UHGV virus genome: UHGV-0205583
DNA: 52,029 nt
DNA from: a virus
Direction: 5' to 3' (one strand)
Both the position numbers and the translations under genes were made by a program. Positions 35,536 through 45,055 of the stretch are shown here, in pieces. How positions within the stretch are numbered: the first letter of the stretch is position 1; each line of letters opens with the position of its first letter. The notes beneath the pieces were generated by a model. That model did no database searches, was not told where the DNA came from, and saw only the letters and a list, made by a program, of their open reading frames with translations.

Positions 35536-35574
35536 GGCATTACAGCAGGCATTCATCGAGTGCCTGTGATAATG
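35536..35574. repeat. hairpin-containing repeat C1 (GCATTACAGCAGGCATTCATCGAGTGCCTGTGATAATG)
   Basis: Second copy at 35889..35930. The two copies flank a small membrane ORF. Confidence 0.6.
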
Positions 35575-35714
35575 TTAAAGCTCCTGTATAAGGGGCAGTT
35601 GTATGATATCATGCAACGAAGCAACCAAGCTATGGAAAGTCCGGGTAATGGTTTGGAGTGAATGTGACGTTTAGCAGCGGTGGTATAAATGGCTACTTTT
35701 TCCTGTTGCTTAGT

Positions 35715-35849
35715 ATGTGGCCAGTGCTAATGGTTTTATTCCTGGGATTGTCTCCTGCATTTTACGGTGTGTTAATGCCTAAAACGGCAATTGCTTGTCT
35801 GGTGATCGCTGCAGCCTTTGGCATTGGTGGGTGGTTCTATGGATTGTGA
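35715..35849 (+). CDS. small hydrophobic membrane peptide (44 aa), hypothetical
   Basis: MWPVLMVLFLGLSPAFYGVLMPKTAIACLVIAAAFGIGGWFYGL forms two TM helices. Flanked by direct hairpin repeats. Confidence 0.3.
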   Translation: MWPVLMVLFLGLSPAFYGVLMPKTAIACLVIAAAFGIGGWFYGL

Positions 35850-35888
35850 TCTAAGTAACATTTGGTCAGGTTATAAACTGGTATCTGA

Positions 35889-35930
35889 CCGCATTACAGC
35901 AGGTATTCATTGAGTGCCTGTGATAATGCC
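35889..35930. repeat. hairpin-containing repeat C2
   Basis: 36 of 39 nt identical to C1. Confidence 0.6.
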
Positions 35931-36002
35931 CGTCAGACAATGGACTGATATCATTGTCTGTTTCTCCCGGTGTATTTTGAAATACTCAATACTCTCATAA
36001 CG

Positions 36003-36140
36003 TCTCTGCCTGCCAACATCAGAACGCCAGAGGTTAGTTAGCCGGATAGATGCACCTCTATCTGTTGGCTCCTGAGAGATTCTTTATACGCTGGTTGGTA
36101 GTGACCAAAGGCCGCATAATTTTGCGGCCTTTTTCATTTC
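36003..36140. repeat. terminator-containing module B
   Basis: Homologous to module A. Includes the terminator at 36110..36134. Confidence 0.6.
36110..36134 (+). terminator. rho-independent terminator
   Basis: GGCCGCA-taatttt-TGCGGCC followed by TTTTTCATTT. Confidence 0.7.
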
Positions 36141-36164
36141 TGTAAAATGAAAGTCCTCAGGCGG

Positions 36165-36293
36165 TTAACGATGCTCTGGACCATGGAAGTGATCTCCACC
36201 ATGTCCGCCGCTATGAGGCCCAGGGGGAAGGATACATCCTGAAAGAGACAGCGCACCACAGATCACAAAAACAGCAAGCATAATTCTTTTCAT
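36165..36293 (-). CDS. small lipoprotein (42 aa)
   Basis: MKRIMLAVFVICGALSLSGC has a lipobox followed by a His/Gly-rich tail. Below the ORF-track cutoff, so found by manual translation. Confidence 0.45.
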   Translation of the reverse strand: MKRIMLAVFVICGALSLSGCILPPGPHSGGHGGDHFHGPEHR

Positions 36294-36397
36294 AATAACT
36301 CCTGAACTAAAGAGCCTTAATTCCAAAACATAAAAGTGAATATTTTATGGAGAATCAGTAATTCCTTTTTCTCCCTCACGTTAAATAGGAATAATCC

Positions 36398-37393
36398 ATG
36401 GCAAAACCGGACTGGGGCGAGCTTCAGCGACGGTTCCTGTCCGATCATGCCGCAACCGGCGTATCACCGAAGGATTGGTGTGAAGCGCAGGGACTGAATT
36501 ACGCTACTGCCCGCCGATACATCAAGAAACCCACTGCGCAAACTGCGCAAAAACCTGCGCAGAAGAAACTGCGCACTGCGCAAAAGGAAAAGTGCGCAGA
36601 AGAGCTGGTGGATGATGATGGCCTCACCGATCAGCAACGTTTATTTGTCGCAGAATACCTGAAGGACCACAACGCCACGCAGGCCGCTATCCGTGCCGGG
36701 TACAGCAAGAAGACTGCTGAACAAATTGGCTATCAGCTGCTTCAGAAAACTTCAGTTGCGCAGGCCATTGCGCAGCAGCAGAAAGCATCCATTGTGCGCA
36801 CGCTTGGCAGCGCTGATGAAGTGCTTGAGCAGATGTGGCGGCTGGCAACATTCGACGCCAACCAACTTTCTCAGTATCGCCGCGGGAGCTGCCGTTACTG
36901 CTGGGGCTTCGGTCACCAGTATCAATGGCGCGATGCGGTTGAGTTCGAAGAGAAGCTGGCTGAGGCTTTAGCGAAGAAAGGGAAAGAGCCAAACGACAGA
37001 GGCGGCTACGGTTACGACCATACCAGCTCGCCTAACCCGAAATGTCCTCGCTGTAATGGTGATGGCATCGGCCAGCCTTTCTTCGCCGATACGCGCAAGC
37101 TGGCGCCTGATGCTGCACTTGCCTATTCCGGCGTTAAGCTCGGAAAGAACGGTGTGGAGATAACCGCTATCAGCCGCGAACGAATGTTCGAGGCGGTGAT
37201 GAAGCGTCTCGGACTGGCTGATAGTGAATTCGCCCAGCGTCTACAGCAGATTGAAATCGAGCGCCGGCAACTGGAGATCGACCAGCTTCGACGGGAGATA
37301 GCCCTGGATAAAAACCCGACGGGATTTGAAGAGGATTATCAACTTCAGCCAATAACTCCCGATGAGGAACCTCCAGATGATCCAATCCTCTAG
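36398..37393 (+). CDS. terS: terminase small subunit (HTH + Terminase_2 domain, C-terminal zinc ribbon)
   Basis: Central region LTDQQRLFVAEYLKDHNATQAAIRAGYSKKTAEQIGYQLLQK is typical of TerS. A CxxC...CxxC follows. Confidence 0.8.
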   Translation: MAKPDWGELQRRFLSDHAATGVSPKDWCEAQGLNYATARRYIKKPTAQTAQKPAQKKLRTAQKEKCAEELVDDDGLTDQQRLFVAEYLKDHNATQAAIRAGYSKKTAEQIGYQLLQKTSVAQAIAQQQKASIVRTLGSADEVLEQMWRLATFDANQLSQYRRGSCRYCWGFGHQYQWRDAVEFEEKLAEALAKKGKEPNDRGGYGYDHTSSPNPKCPRCNGDGIGQPFFADTRKLAPDAALAYSGVKLGKNGVEITAISRERMFEAVMKRLGLADSEFAQRLQQIEIERRQLEIDQLRREIALDKNPTGFEEDYQLQPITPDEEPPDDPIL

Positions 37394-38690
37394 CAGCGAT
37401 GCTGTCAGCCTGACACCGAAACAGGCAAATATTTACGTCTGGGGATGGCAGCGCTCAGCGCGTTTCAGGGATGCTGTATGCGGTCGCCGGTTTGGCAAAA
37501 CATTCCTGGGCAAAGCGGAAATGCGCAGGGCTGCCAGACTGGCGCAGAAATGGAAAGTCAGTGTAGAGGATGAAATCTGGTATTGCGCACCCACACAAAA
37601 ACAGGCAAAGCGTGTTTTCTGGCGAAGGCTGAAACAATCCATACCTCCACACTGGCGGGCATCGAAGCCGAACGAGACAGAATTATCCATCACTCTTAAA
37701 AGCGGACACATAATGCGATGCGTCGGGTTGAATAACTACGATGATTTGCGTGGGTCTGGCTTATTTTTCGTGCTGGTGGATGAATGGGCTGATTGCCCGT
37801 ATGCAGCATGGGAGGAAGTATTGCGCCCGATGCTGTCGACTTGTCGGTATATCGTAAATGGTGTGCAGTTTATAGGTGGACATGCTCTCCGGATTGGCAC
37901 ACCCAAGGGATTTAACCATTGCTATGATTCATGGCTTGCCGGACAGGACAACCGAGAGCCTGACCATAAAAGCTGGCTTTATACTTCGGTGGATGGTGGA
38001 AATGTTCCGCCAGAAGAACTGGAAGCAGCTCGCCGGCGAATGGATCCCAGAACGTTCAGGCAGGAATATGAAGCTTCGTTCGAAAACTATCAGGGCGTTG
38101 TCTATTACTGCTTTGATCGCCGTAAAAATCATACTGATGAAACCGTCAAACCAGGTGAAGCGCTGCATATCGGTATGGACTTTAACGTGGGGAAAATGGC
38201 GGCAGTGGTTTATGTGCTGCGTGATGGGCTTCCACGGGCTGTAGATGAGTTCATGGATGTATTTGATACTCCGGCAATGATTGAAGCGATTAAGACTCGG
38301 TACGAGGAAGGGAAGCACACAATCAATATCTATCCCGATGCTTCAGGGAAAAACAGGAAGTCCAGCAACGCCAGCGAGTCGGATATTTCTCTGCTCTATG
38401 ATGCTGGATTCTCTGTGCTGGTTAATGACAGCAACCCGGCAGTAAGGGACCGGATAAACGCTGTCAACTCGATGCTATGCAATACCTACGGCGAGCGGAG
38501 GATGATGGTTAACACGGTAACTTGCCCGAAATTCACTCAGTGCCTGGAGCGACAGGTCTATAACGATAAAGGCGAGCCAGATAAGAAAGGCGGCTTTGAC
38601 CACGGCAATGATGGCGGTGGTTATCCAATCGTGTACCTGTTCCCTGTCAACGCTACAGCGTTCGACATCACCCTCGATACGACATTCTGA
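37362..38690 (+). CDS. terL: terminase large subunit
   Basis: Walker A-like GRRFGKT and Walker B VLVDEWAD, with a C-terminal nuclease-like region. 442 aa. Confidence 0.85.
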   Translation: MRNLQMIQSSSSDAVSLTPKQANIYVWGWQRSARFRDAVCGRRFGKTFLGKAEMRRAARLAQKWKVSVEDEIWYCAPTQKQAKRVFWRRLKQSIPPHWRASKPNETELSITLKSGHIMRCVGLNNYDDLRGSGLFFVLVDEWADCPYAAWEEVLRPMLSTCRYIVNGVQFIGGHALRIGTPKGFNHCYDSWLAGQDNREPDHKSWLYTSVDGGNVPPEELEAARRRMDPRTFRQEYEASFENYQGVVYYCFDRRKNHTDETVKPGEALHIGMDFNVGKMAAVVYVLRDGLPRAVDEFMDVFDTPAMIEAIKTRYEEGKHTINIYPDASGKNRKSSNASESDISLLYDAGFSVLVNDSNPAVRDRINAVNSMLCNTYGERRMMVNTVTCPKFTQCLERQVYNDKGEPDKKGGFDHGNDGGGYPIVYLFPVNATAFDITLDTTF

Positions 38691-38691
38691 T

Positions 38692-40092
38692 ATGGCCAAT
38701 AATGATATTACTTACGTCCGCCCTGAGGTCAGGGCGGCGATGCCCGTGTGGAAAAAAATTCGTGACGTGTGCAAAGGGGCTGATGCTGTAAAGGCCGCCG
38801 GGAATGAATACCTCCCTTTTCTGGATCCCTCCGATAAGTCTGCTCGCAATAAAAAGCGCAATGCCGATTACATTCAGCGCGCCGTTTTCTACGCGATAAC
38901 GGGCAATACAAAAGTGGGTTTGCTGGGGCTGGCATTCCGAAAAGACCCTACCATGACCGCGCCGGATAAGCTGAATTATCTTCGTGATAACGCCGATGGT
39001 GCTGGTGCCAGTATCTATCAGCAGTCCCAGCAGGTTACAGAAAATATTCTGGAGGCCGCGCGCGAGGGGCTTTATACGGATTATGCAGCTGAGACCGACG
39101 AGGCGATCATCCTTCGTTATCAGGCGGAAAGCATCATTAACTGGCGCACCAAACGCATCAATGGACGTGATCAACTGGTGCTGGTGGTTTTACGCGAATG
39201 CATGGAAAAGGAAGATGGTTTTGCGTACAAGGATGAAATCCAGTATCGGGAACTTGCCCTGGAGGATGGCAAGTTTATCTGCAGGGTGTGGCGAAAGTCG
39301 GCCGATGCAGTGTCTTTTTCCGTCGATTCTGAGTATCACCCGAAGCCTAAAGGTGAGGATTTTTGGGATGAAATCCCCTTTACCTTCGTTGGTGCACAAA
39401 ATAACGATCCCAGCATCGACGAGTCGCCTTTAGCCGCCCTCGTTGAAATTAACCTTGGCCATTATCGTAATTCGGCGGATTACGAAGACAGCGTATTTTT
39501 CTGCGGTCAGGTTCAGCCGGTGATTTCCGGGCTTGATACCGCCTGGCGTGACTGGCTGCAGGATAAGGGAATTCGTGTCGGTTCTCGTTCTCCATTCCTT
39601 CTGCCGAAGGAGGGGAGTTTTACCTATGCTCAGGCGCAACCAAACACCCTGGCTAAAGAGGCGATGGACAGTAAGCGTGATTATTCTGTTCAGCTTGGCG
39701 CCCGCCTTATCGAGCAGAACGGCGCGGTTAAAACCGCCACGCAATCCAGCGGCGAGCAAACCGCATCCACATCGGTGCTCGGCATTTGCGTTTCCAATGT
39801 CTCGGAGGCCTATACGCTGGCGCTCGGCTGGTGCGCCAGATATCTCGGCATAAAAGGCGAGGAATACCGTTACAGCATCAATCAGGAGTTTATCGCCAAA
39901 GTCGCTGAATCCGGCATGGTAACGGCAATCGTCAATGCCTGGCAGTCCGGTGCGATTCGCGACACGGATATGGTCAGAGCTCTGCAGAGGCTTGACTTGA
40001 TAGATCCTGCTGACGACCCTGAAACTGTCATTGACGCTATTCGTAACGGCGCGCCTAACCTGATTGGTGGCAATAATGGCAACGGCGAATGA
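38692..40092 (+). CDS. portal protein
   Basis: 466 aa starting 1 nt after the terL stop. Canonical position and size. Confidence 0.7.
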   Translation: MANNDITYVRPEVRAAMPVWKKIRDVCKGADAVKAAGNEYLPFLDPSDKSARNKKRNADYIQRAVFYAITGNTKVGLLGLAFRKDPTMTAPDKLNYLRDNADGAGASIYQQSQQVTENILEAAREGLYTDYAAETDEAIILRYQAESIINWRTKRINGRDQLVLVVLRECMEKEDGFAYKDEIQYRELALEDGKFICRVWRKSADAVSFSVDSEYHPKPKGEDFWDEIPFTFVGAQNNDPSIDESPLAALVEINLGHYRNSADYEDSVFFCGQVQPVISGLDTAWRDWLQDKGIRVGSRSPFLLPKEGSFTYAQAQPNTLAKEAMDSKRDYSVQLGARLIEQNGAVKTATQSSGEQTASTSVLGICVSNVSEAYTLALGWCARYLGIKGEEYRYSINQEFIAKVAESGMVTAIVNAWQSGAIRDTDMVRALQRLDLIDPADDPETVIDAIRNGAPNLIGGNNGNGE

Positions 40093-41188
40093 CAAACTGC
40101 AGGATGAATCCATAGCCCACGCTATATGGGTTAGTCGCTACAGCACCGGCGTTGCCAACAGGATGATAAAAGTTCTGAATGACAGCGACGCCGAACTTAC
40201 CGCCAGGCTGCTGGTGGCTATCGATACGCTGGATCCCGAGAGCTTTACCGTTTCGCGTCTGGAAGCGTTACTGGTCAGTGTCAGGGCCGTAAACAAGGAT
40301 GCCATACAGTCGATGTATGCAGCCCTCTCTACCGAGCTGCAGGAGCTGGCGAAACATGAGGCCAGTTTTCAGATGAGCCTCTTCCAGTTTGCCATTCCCG
40401 ACGATGTTCTGGCTCTTCATCCACTGGTTGGCATCTCCCCGGATGCAGTTTATGCCGCGGCGATGGGGCGTCCATTTCAGGGGCGGTTGCTAAGCGAATG
40501 GGCCAGCAACCTCGAAGCTGATCGTATGGCGCGCATATCCAATACGGTACGGCAGGGATTCCTGCTGGGCGATACGCATGAACAGATCGCAAAAAAGGTT
40601 CGTGGCCATGCTAACCGCGGCTGCCAGGATGGTGCGCTTCAGATGAGCCGGGCCAATGCAGCCAGCATAGCGAAAACGGCAGTAGGGCATCTTGCATCGA
40701 CAGCAAGACAAAGCTTTGCAGCGGCGAACGACGACATTCTGAAGGGTAAGCAGTGGTTATCTACTTTGGATAACCGGACATCAAAGGATTGTCGGATCCG
40801 CGACCGACTCAAGTACACGCTGGATAACAAACCGATAGGGCACAAGGTGCCTTATTTGCAGGGGCCCGGGAAAATCCACTTTTGCTGTCGGAGCACCGAA
40901 ACTTACATCCTGAAATCGTCCGAGGAATTGGGTATTAAAGTCGGCGAAATCAAGGATAGCTCGCGCGCCAGCATGGATGGACAGGTTCCGGCTGACACGA
41001 ATTACCAGGACTGGTTCTCCCGGCAGTCGTTCACGCGACAAGCTGAGATTGTCGGAGAAACACGCGCCAGGCTGATTCGTGATGGCGACATGTCTCCCGA
41101 TGAGTTCTACAACGACAGGGGCGAGTGGCTGACGCTTGACCAATTGCGCAACCGTGACGCGCAGGCGTTTAAGGATGCCAGAGTGTGA
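40076..41188 (+). CDS. head morphogenesis protein (SPP1 gp7 / Mu F-like)
   Basis: 370 aa overlapping the portal end. Canonical position. Confidence 0.6.
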   Translation: MATANDKLQDESIAHAIWVSRYSTGVANRMIKVLNDSDAELTARLLVAIDTLDPESFTVSRLEALLVSVRAVNKDAIQSMYAALSTELQELAKHEASFQMSLFQFAIPDDVLALHPLVGISPDAVYAAAMGRPFQGRLLSEWASNLEADRMARISNTVRQGFLLGDTHEQIAKKVRGHANRGCQDGALQMSRANAASIAKTAVGHLASTARQSFAAANDDILKGKQWLSTLDNRTSKDCRIRDRLKYTLDNKPIGHKVPYLQGPGKIHFCCRSTETYILKSSEELGIKVGEIKDSSRASMDGQVPADTNYQDWFSRQSFTRQAEIVGETRARLIRDGDMSPDEFYNDRGEWLTLDQLRNRDAQAFKDARV

Positions 41189-41428
41189 TAGAGTAAATTC
41201 GTGGTGAATGCAGGATGCTGACCTGCGCGCCAAAGCGTCCCGTGAGAAACGGGCAAGCCGGAAACCAGACTCACTTCGGTGAGTCCCCGCCGTTCTGAAG
41301 TATCAGAATGCCGTGGCAGCACCGGCCACCACACCTAATTGTATTGTCAGTGGCTAGGGTCGCTCCCGAAAAGCGGAATCGTCACCGCCTACCACCAATA
41401 ACCCGACAAGCAACGAGACGAGGTTGTT

Positions 41429-41605
41429 ATGGATTCACAAAAACAAAGAGACCTTATTGCAAGCCTGTATGAAGAGTTGGTAATCGCAAGAGGGCTCATT
41501 AAAGAGATTTGCACAGTGCGAAGCATTGCAGAGCCAAAGTCTTCTTTGCAGAGAATGGATAAAGCCATTAAAGATGCAAAAGAATACATGCTAGAAAATA
41601 GCTAA
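41429..41605 (+). CDS. small hypothetical protein (58 aa) in an AT-rich insert between head genes
   Basis: MDSQKQRDLIASLYEELVIARGLIKEI... with a GAGG SD. GC is clearly lower than that of the head module. Has its own terminator. Confidence 0.4.
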   Translation: MDSQKQRDLIASLYEELVIARGLIKEICTVRSIAEPKSSLQRMDKAIKDAKEYMLENS

Positions 41606-41655
41606 ATGAAGAGGTCGCCTTAGCGCGGCTTTTTTATTATCTGAAATTTACAACA

Positions 41656-41680
41656 GGCTGCCTAAGGGCGGCCTTTTTTA
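41656..41680 (+). terminator. rho-independent terminator after the small insert gene
   Basis: GGCTGCC-taag-GGCGGCC followed by TTTTTTATT. Confidence 0.6.
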
Positions 41681-41718
41681 TTGGGCCAGGCCCACAGTAA
41701 CTATCCCAAGGGGACAAC

Positions 41719-42504
41719 ATGCTTATTCGTAACATGCTCATTAAATATTATTCGGCAGCTGGTGGTGAAGGTGGTGATGGCGGTGGCTCCGGTAGTGGTG
41801 CGCCCGAGATTACGCCGGAAATCCAAAAGCTGATCGATGAGCAGGTCAGTGCTCAGGTTTCAGGCCTGAAAAATAAAAATAGTGAGTTACTCGGTAAGCT
41901 CAAAGAGTCCACTGAGTCGCTTAAGCGTTTTGATGGTATCGATCCTGACGCGGTGAAAACCATTCTCCAGCGTTTCTCTGATGATGAAGAGGCGCAACTG
42001 ATCGCCGCCGGGAAAATTGACGAGGTACTGGATAAACGCACTGAGCGGCTACGTGCTGATGTTGATAAGCAAATCAAAGCCGCTAATGAACGCGCTGAAA
42101 AGGCGGAAGCGTTCTCCAACAAATTCCGTGATCGTGTCCTGGGTGATGCTATCCGCAGCGCAGCGCTTAAGGCAGGCGCGCTGCCAGAAGCATCCGACGA
42201 TCTGATTCTTCGTGCTAAAGGCACATTCCAGCTCAACGACGAAGGCGAGGCCGTAGCAGTTGATGCAAATGGCGATGTTCTGTTCGGTAAAGACGGCAAA
42301 ACTCCGCTCACCCCGGTTGAGTGGGCTGAATCTCTGAAAGAGACGGCCCCGCACCTGTTCCCGCGCGCCGAAGGCTCCGGGGCTGGTGGTCATAAACCCG
42401 GTGGCGGTGGCGGTAGTCTGAAACGTTCAGAAATGAGCTCAAGCGACAAAGCGGACTACATCCGCAAACATGGCCAGCAGGCCTATCTCAAATTGCCTAA
42501 GTAA
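41719..42504 (+). CDS. head scaffolding protein
   Basis: Coiled-coil, Ala/Lys/Glu-rich 261-aa protein directly upstream of the capsid gene. Confidence 0.55.
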   Translation: MLIRNMLIKYYSAAGGEGGDGGGSGSGAPEITPEIQKLIDEQVSAQVSGLKNKNSELLGKLKESTESLKRFDGIDPDAVKTILQRFSDDEEAQLIAAGKIDEVLDKRTERLRADVDKQIKAANERAEKAEAFSNKFRDRVLGDAIRSAALKAGALPEASDDLILRAKGTFQLNDEGEAVAVDANGDVLFGKDGKTPLTPVEWAESLKETAPHLFPRAEGSGAGGHKPGGGGGSLKRSEMSSSDKADYIRKHGQQAYLKLPK

Positions 42505-42514
42505 GGACTAATCA

Positions 42515-43468
42515 ATGCCTACGACCGTAAACAGTGACCTGATTATCTATGACGACCTCGCGCAGACTGCGTTTCTTGAGCGTCGCCAGGATAATCTGGA
42601 AGTCTTCAACGCCGCTTCAAACGGCGCAATCATTCTCGACAACGAACTGATCGAGGGTGATTTTCGCAAGCGCACCTTCTATAAAGTTGGTGGTTCTATC
42701 GAATCGCGCAACGTTAACTCCACCGACCCGGTAACGGGTAAAAAAATCGGTGCCGGTGAATCTGTCAGCGTTAAGGCGCCGTGGAAATACGGCCCGTATG
42801 AAACCACGGAGGAGGCGTTTAAACGTCGGGGTCGCGACGTTAGCGAATTCTCCGAGGTGATCGGCGTCGACGTCGCTGATGCAACGCTTGAAGGTTATAT
42901 CAAGTATGCCCTACAGGGTCTTGTTGCAGCCATTGGCGAAAATGCTGACATGACGGTATCCGCGGATATTGCCACTGATGGTAAGAAAACGCTGACCCGT
43001 GGCCTGCGTAAATACGGCGATAAATTTAACCGTGTTGCGCTGTTCGTTATGCATTCCACGACCTATTTCGACATTGTTGATCAGGCTATCGACAACAAAA
43101 TTTACGAAGAAGCTGGCGTGGTGGTTTATGGCGGACAGCCAGGCACGTTGGGTAAACCGGTGCTGGTAACTGACACCATGCCAGTTGATGCGATTCTGGG
43201 GCTGGTGGCCGGCGCGGTATCCGTAACGGAATCACAGGCTCCGGGCTTCCGTTCCTACGATATCAACGACCAGGAAAACCTTGCCATTGGCTATCGCGCA
43301 GAGGGTACGGTTAACGTTGAACTGCTGGGTTACAGCTGGGATGAGACGAAGGGCGCTAACCCTGACCTGACCAAAATCGGCACCGGCGCGAACTGGAAGA
43401 AACATTTCACCAGTAACAAATCCACTGCAGGCGTACTGATTAAGCTGGAAGCCCCTGCGGGGGAGTAA
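42515..43468 (+). CDS. major capsid protein
   Basis: 317 aa after the scaffold gene. Canonical position. Confidence 0.7.
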   Translation: MPTTVNSDLIIYDDLAQTAFLERRQDNLEVFNAASNGAIILDNELIEGDFRKRTFYKVGGSIESRNVNSTDPVTGKKIGAGESVSVKAPWKYGPYETTEEAFKRRGRDVSEFSEVIGVDVADATLEGYIKYALQGLVAAIGENADMTVSADIATDGKKTLTRGLRKYGDKFNRVALFVMHSTTYFDIVDQAIDNKIYEEAGVVVYGGQPGTLGKPVLVTDTMPVDAILGLVAGAVSVTESQAPGFRSYDINDQENLAIGYRAEGTVNVELLGYSWDETKGANPDLTKIGTGANWKKHFTSNKSTAGVLIKLEAPAGE

Positions 43469-43476
43469 CCCTGTCA

Positions 43477-43749
43477 GTGGATAAAACTTCCGCAACTGCT
43501 GACAGTACCGACGCGGTGACCGTTTCGCTCAAGTACACCAGAAATGGTGCAGGAGTCTCCGGGGCATCTGTGGCGTGGACGTCTACAGGCGGCACACTCA
43601 GTGCTTCGACGTCACAGACAGGGTCTGCTGGTGGCTCGACGGTGAAACTCACCTCTGCTATGGCCGGCTCCTTCACGGTGACGGCTACCGTTGACGGCGT
43701 GGTGAAAACAACTGAAGCGATCGCGTTCACTGCTCCTGCGGGTGGTTAA
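43477..43749 (+). CDS. Ig-like (Big_1-type) domain protein, putative head decoration
   Basis: Beta-rich TxTVTA.. repeats (SFTVTATVDGVVKTTEAIAFTAP). GTG start with a GGAG SD, 8 nt after the capsid stop. Confidence 0.5.
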   Translation: MDKTSATADSTDAVTVSLKYTRNGAGVSGASVAWTSTGGTLSASTSQTGSAGGSTVKLTSAMAGSFTVTATVDGVVKTTEAIAFTAPAGG

Positions 43750-43789
43750 CCGACGGGGCGAAAGCCCCGTTTCTTTTGGTGAGGATCCG

Positions 43790-44185
43790 ATGACCGTTTA
43801 TATAACAATCCAGGACGTTGACGAGTTGCTGGGGGATACCTGGGCTGCCGCCGACAAAAAGGCTAAAGCCGTGCTCCAGGCAAACACCTGGATGACGGCG
43901 CTTAACCTTCAGGATATCGACCCGGAGCATATTCCTGAAGAAGTTAAGCAAGCCGGAGCGTTTATCGCTTCCGTAGCCGCTGCAGGCAATCTGTATCAGC
44001 AAAAAACAGATTCCGGCGTGGTGACGAGCAAAAGCGTTGAGGCCGACGATGTGAAGGTTTCCCGCACTTTTGCCGAGCTTTCAACCACCAGCACTGAATT
44101 ACTCGATCCTGATTTGCAGCTGGCGCTGGATATGCTCAAACCGTGGATGATTAACCCTTTCCAGACGTTCTTTGTGAGGGCGTGA
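43790..44185 (+). CDS. head-tail connector (gp6-like), putative
   Basis: Position and size only. Confidence 0.4.
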   Translation: MTVYITIQDVDELLGDTWAAADKKAKAVLQANTWMTALNLQDIDPEHIPEEVKQAGAFIASVAAAGNLYQQKTDSGVVTSKSVEADDVKVSRTFAELSTTSTELLDPDLQLALDMLKPWMINPFQTFFVRA

Positions 44186-44186
44186 T

Positions 44187-44441
44187 ATGTCCGATTTGAA
44201 GGTGGTCCCATTTCAAAAGCCCAGCCATCACAACCTCGATAACGACCAGGTTATTCGCCTGCTGAAACAGGCTCTGGAGCGAGCCGAAAACGGCGGCTGC
44301 CACAGTGTCGCAGTGATACTGCTTGATGATGAGGGTAACGCGATTGATTGCTGGCATAACGGTGGACGCCCCTATGTGATGGTTGGCGCTATGGAGTCGC
44401 TTAAAACCGACTTTATCCATGCTCATATTGAGCGGCGGTAA
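44187..44441 (+). CDS. hypothetical head-tail module protein
   Basis: 84-aa ORF packed tightly in the operon. Confidence 0.35.
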   Translation: MSDLKVVPFQKPSHHNLDNDQVIRLLKQALERAENGGCHSVAVILLDDEGNAIDCWHNGGRPYVMVGAMESLKTDFIHAHIERR

Positions 44442-44450
44442 GGGGGTAAC

Positions 44451-44684
44451 ATGCAAAATCCATATGTGCATTATGCCGGCGACGGGCTCGGTCCCCGCGA
44501 TGTGTTTGTGAATGGAAACCCGATCAGACATGTCGTTTACGCAAACGAGGCAAAGGGTGTTGTAGAGTTTGCTCCGCTCCCGCTGCGGGTTAAACGCAAT
44601 GGCGAAATTTATACCTGCAAACTCCACGGTACAGTAATCGTTAAACCTCAGCAGCGTATTGGTGGGTGCAATGGGCATTCGTGA
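44451..44684 (+). CDS. hypothetical head-tail module protein
   Basis: 77-aa ORF with an SD (AAGGGGGTAACATG). Confidence 0.35.
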   Translation: MQNPYVHYAGDGLGPRDVFVNGNPIRHVVYANEAKGVVEFAPLPLRVKRNGEIYTCKLHGTVIVKPQQRIGGCNGHS

Positions 44685-45054
44685 CGAGCTGCAAACCGAA
44701 GTCGCCGCGGCATTCGATACCGACCTGCAGGATGCCGTTAAGGATTTCACTGGGTCATATACCGTTCGGGGTGCCTGGGACCCGGTGACGGAAACCGGCA
44801 CTGAAACGCAGGTGACTTACTCGGGGCGTGGAGTGCTGGCGCGCTATAAGCTGCGCCGTATCGATGGCGTTAACATTCTGCATGGTGATGTGAAGCTAAC
44901 CGCACTGGTTAACGAGGTGACTGATAAGCCGGCCGTCGGGCATATCATCACCGCACCGGATCCGGTTACGGGTGAGCTTCAGCGCTACGAGGTCATCACC
45001 GCTTCTGCCGACTCTGCTGGCGCTGCGTACTCCATTCAACTGAGGAGGGCGTGA
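44659..45054 (+). CDS. head-tail joining protein, putative
   Basis: Position only. Start is GTG at 44659 or ATG at 44671. Confidence 0.4.
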   Translation: MVGAMGIRDELQTEVAAAFDTDLQDAVKDFTGSYTVRGAWDPVTETGTETQVTYSGRGVLARYKLRRIDGVNILHGDVKLTALVNEVTDKPAVGHIITAPDPVTGELQRYEVITASADSAGAAYSIQLRRA

Positions 45055-45055
45055 T

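Noticed and set aside
43444-43479. Programmed -1 frameshift fusing the major capsid protein to the downstream Ig-like ORF
   Set aside because: The -1 frame is open across the capsid stop, but I found no canonical slippery heptamer. The Ig-like ORF has its own GGAG SD and GTG start, so independent initiation is simpler.
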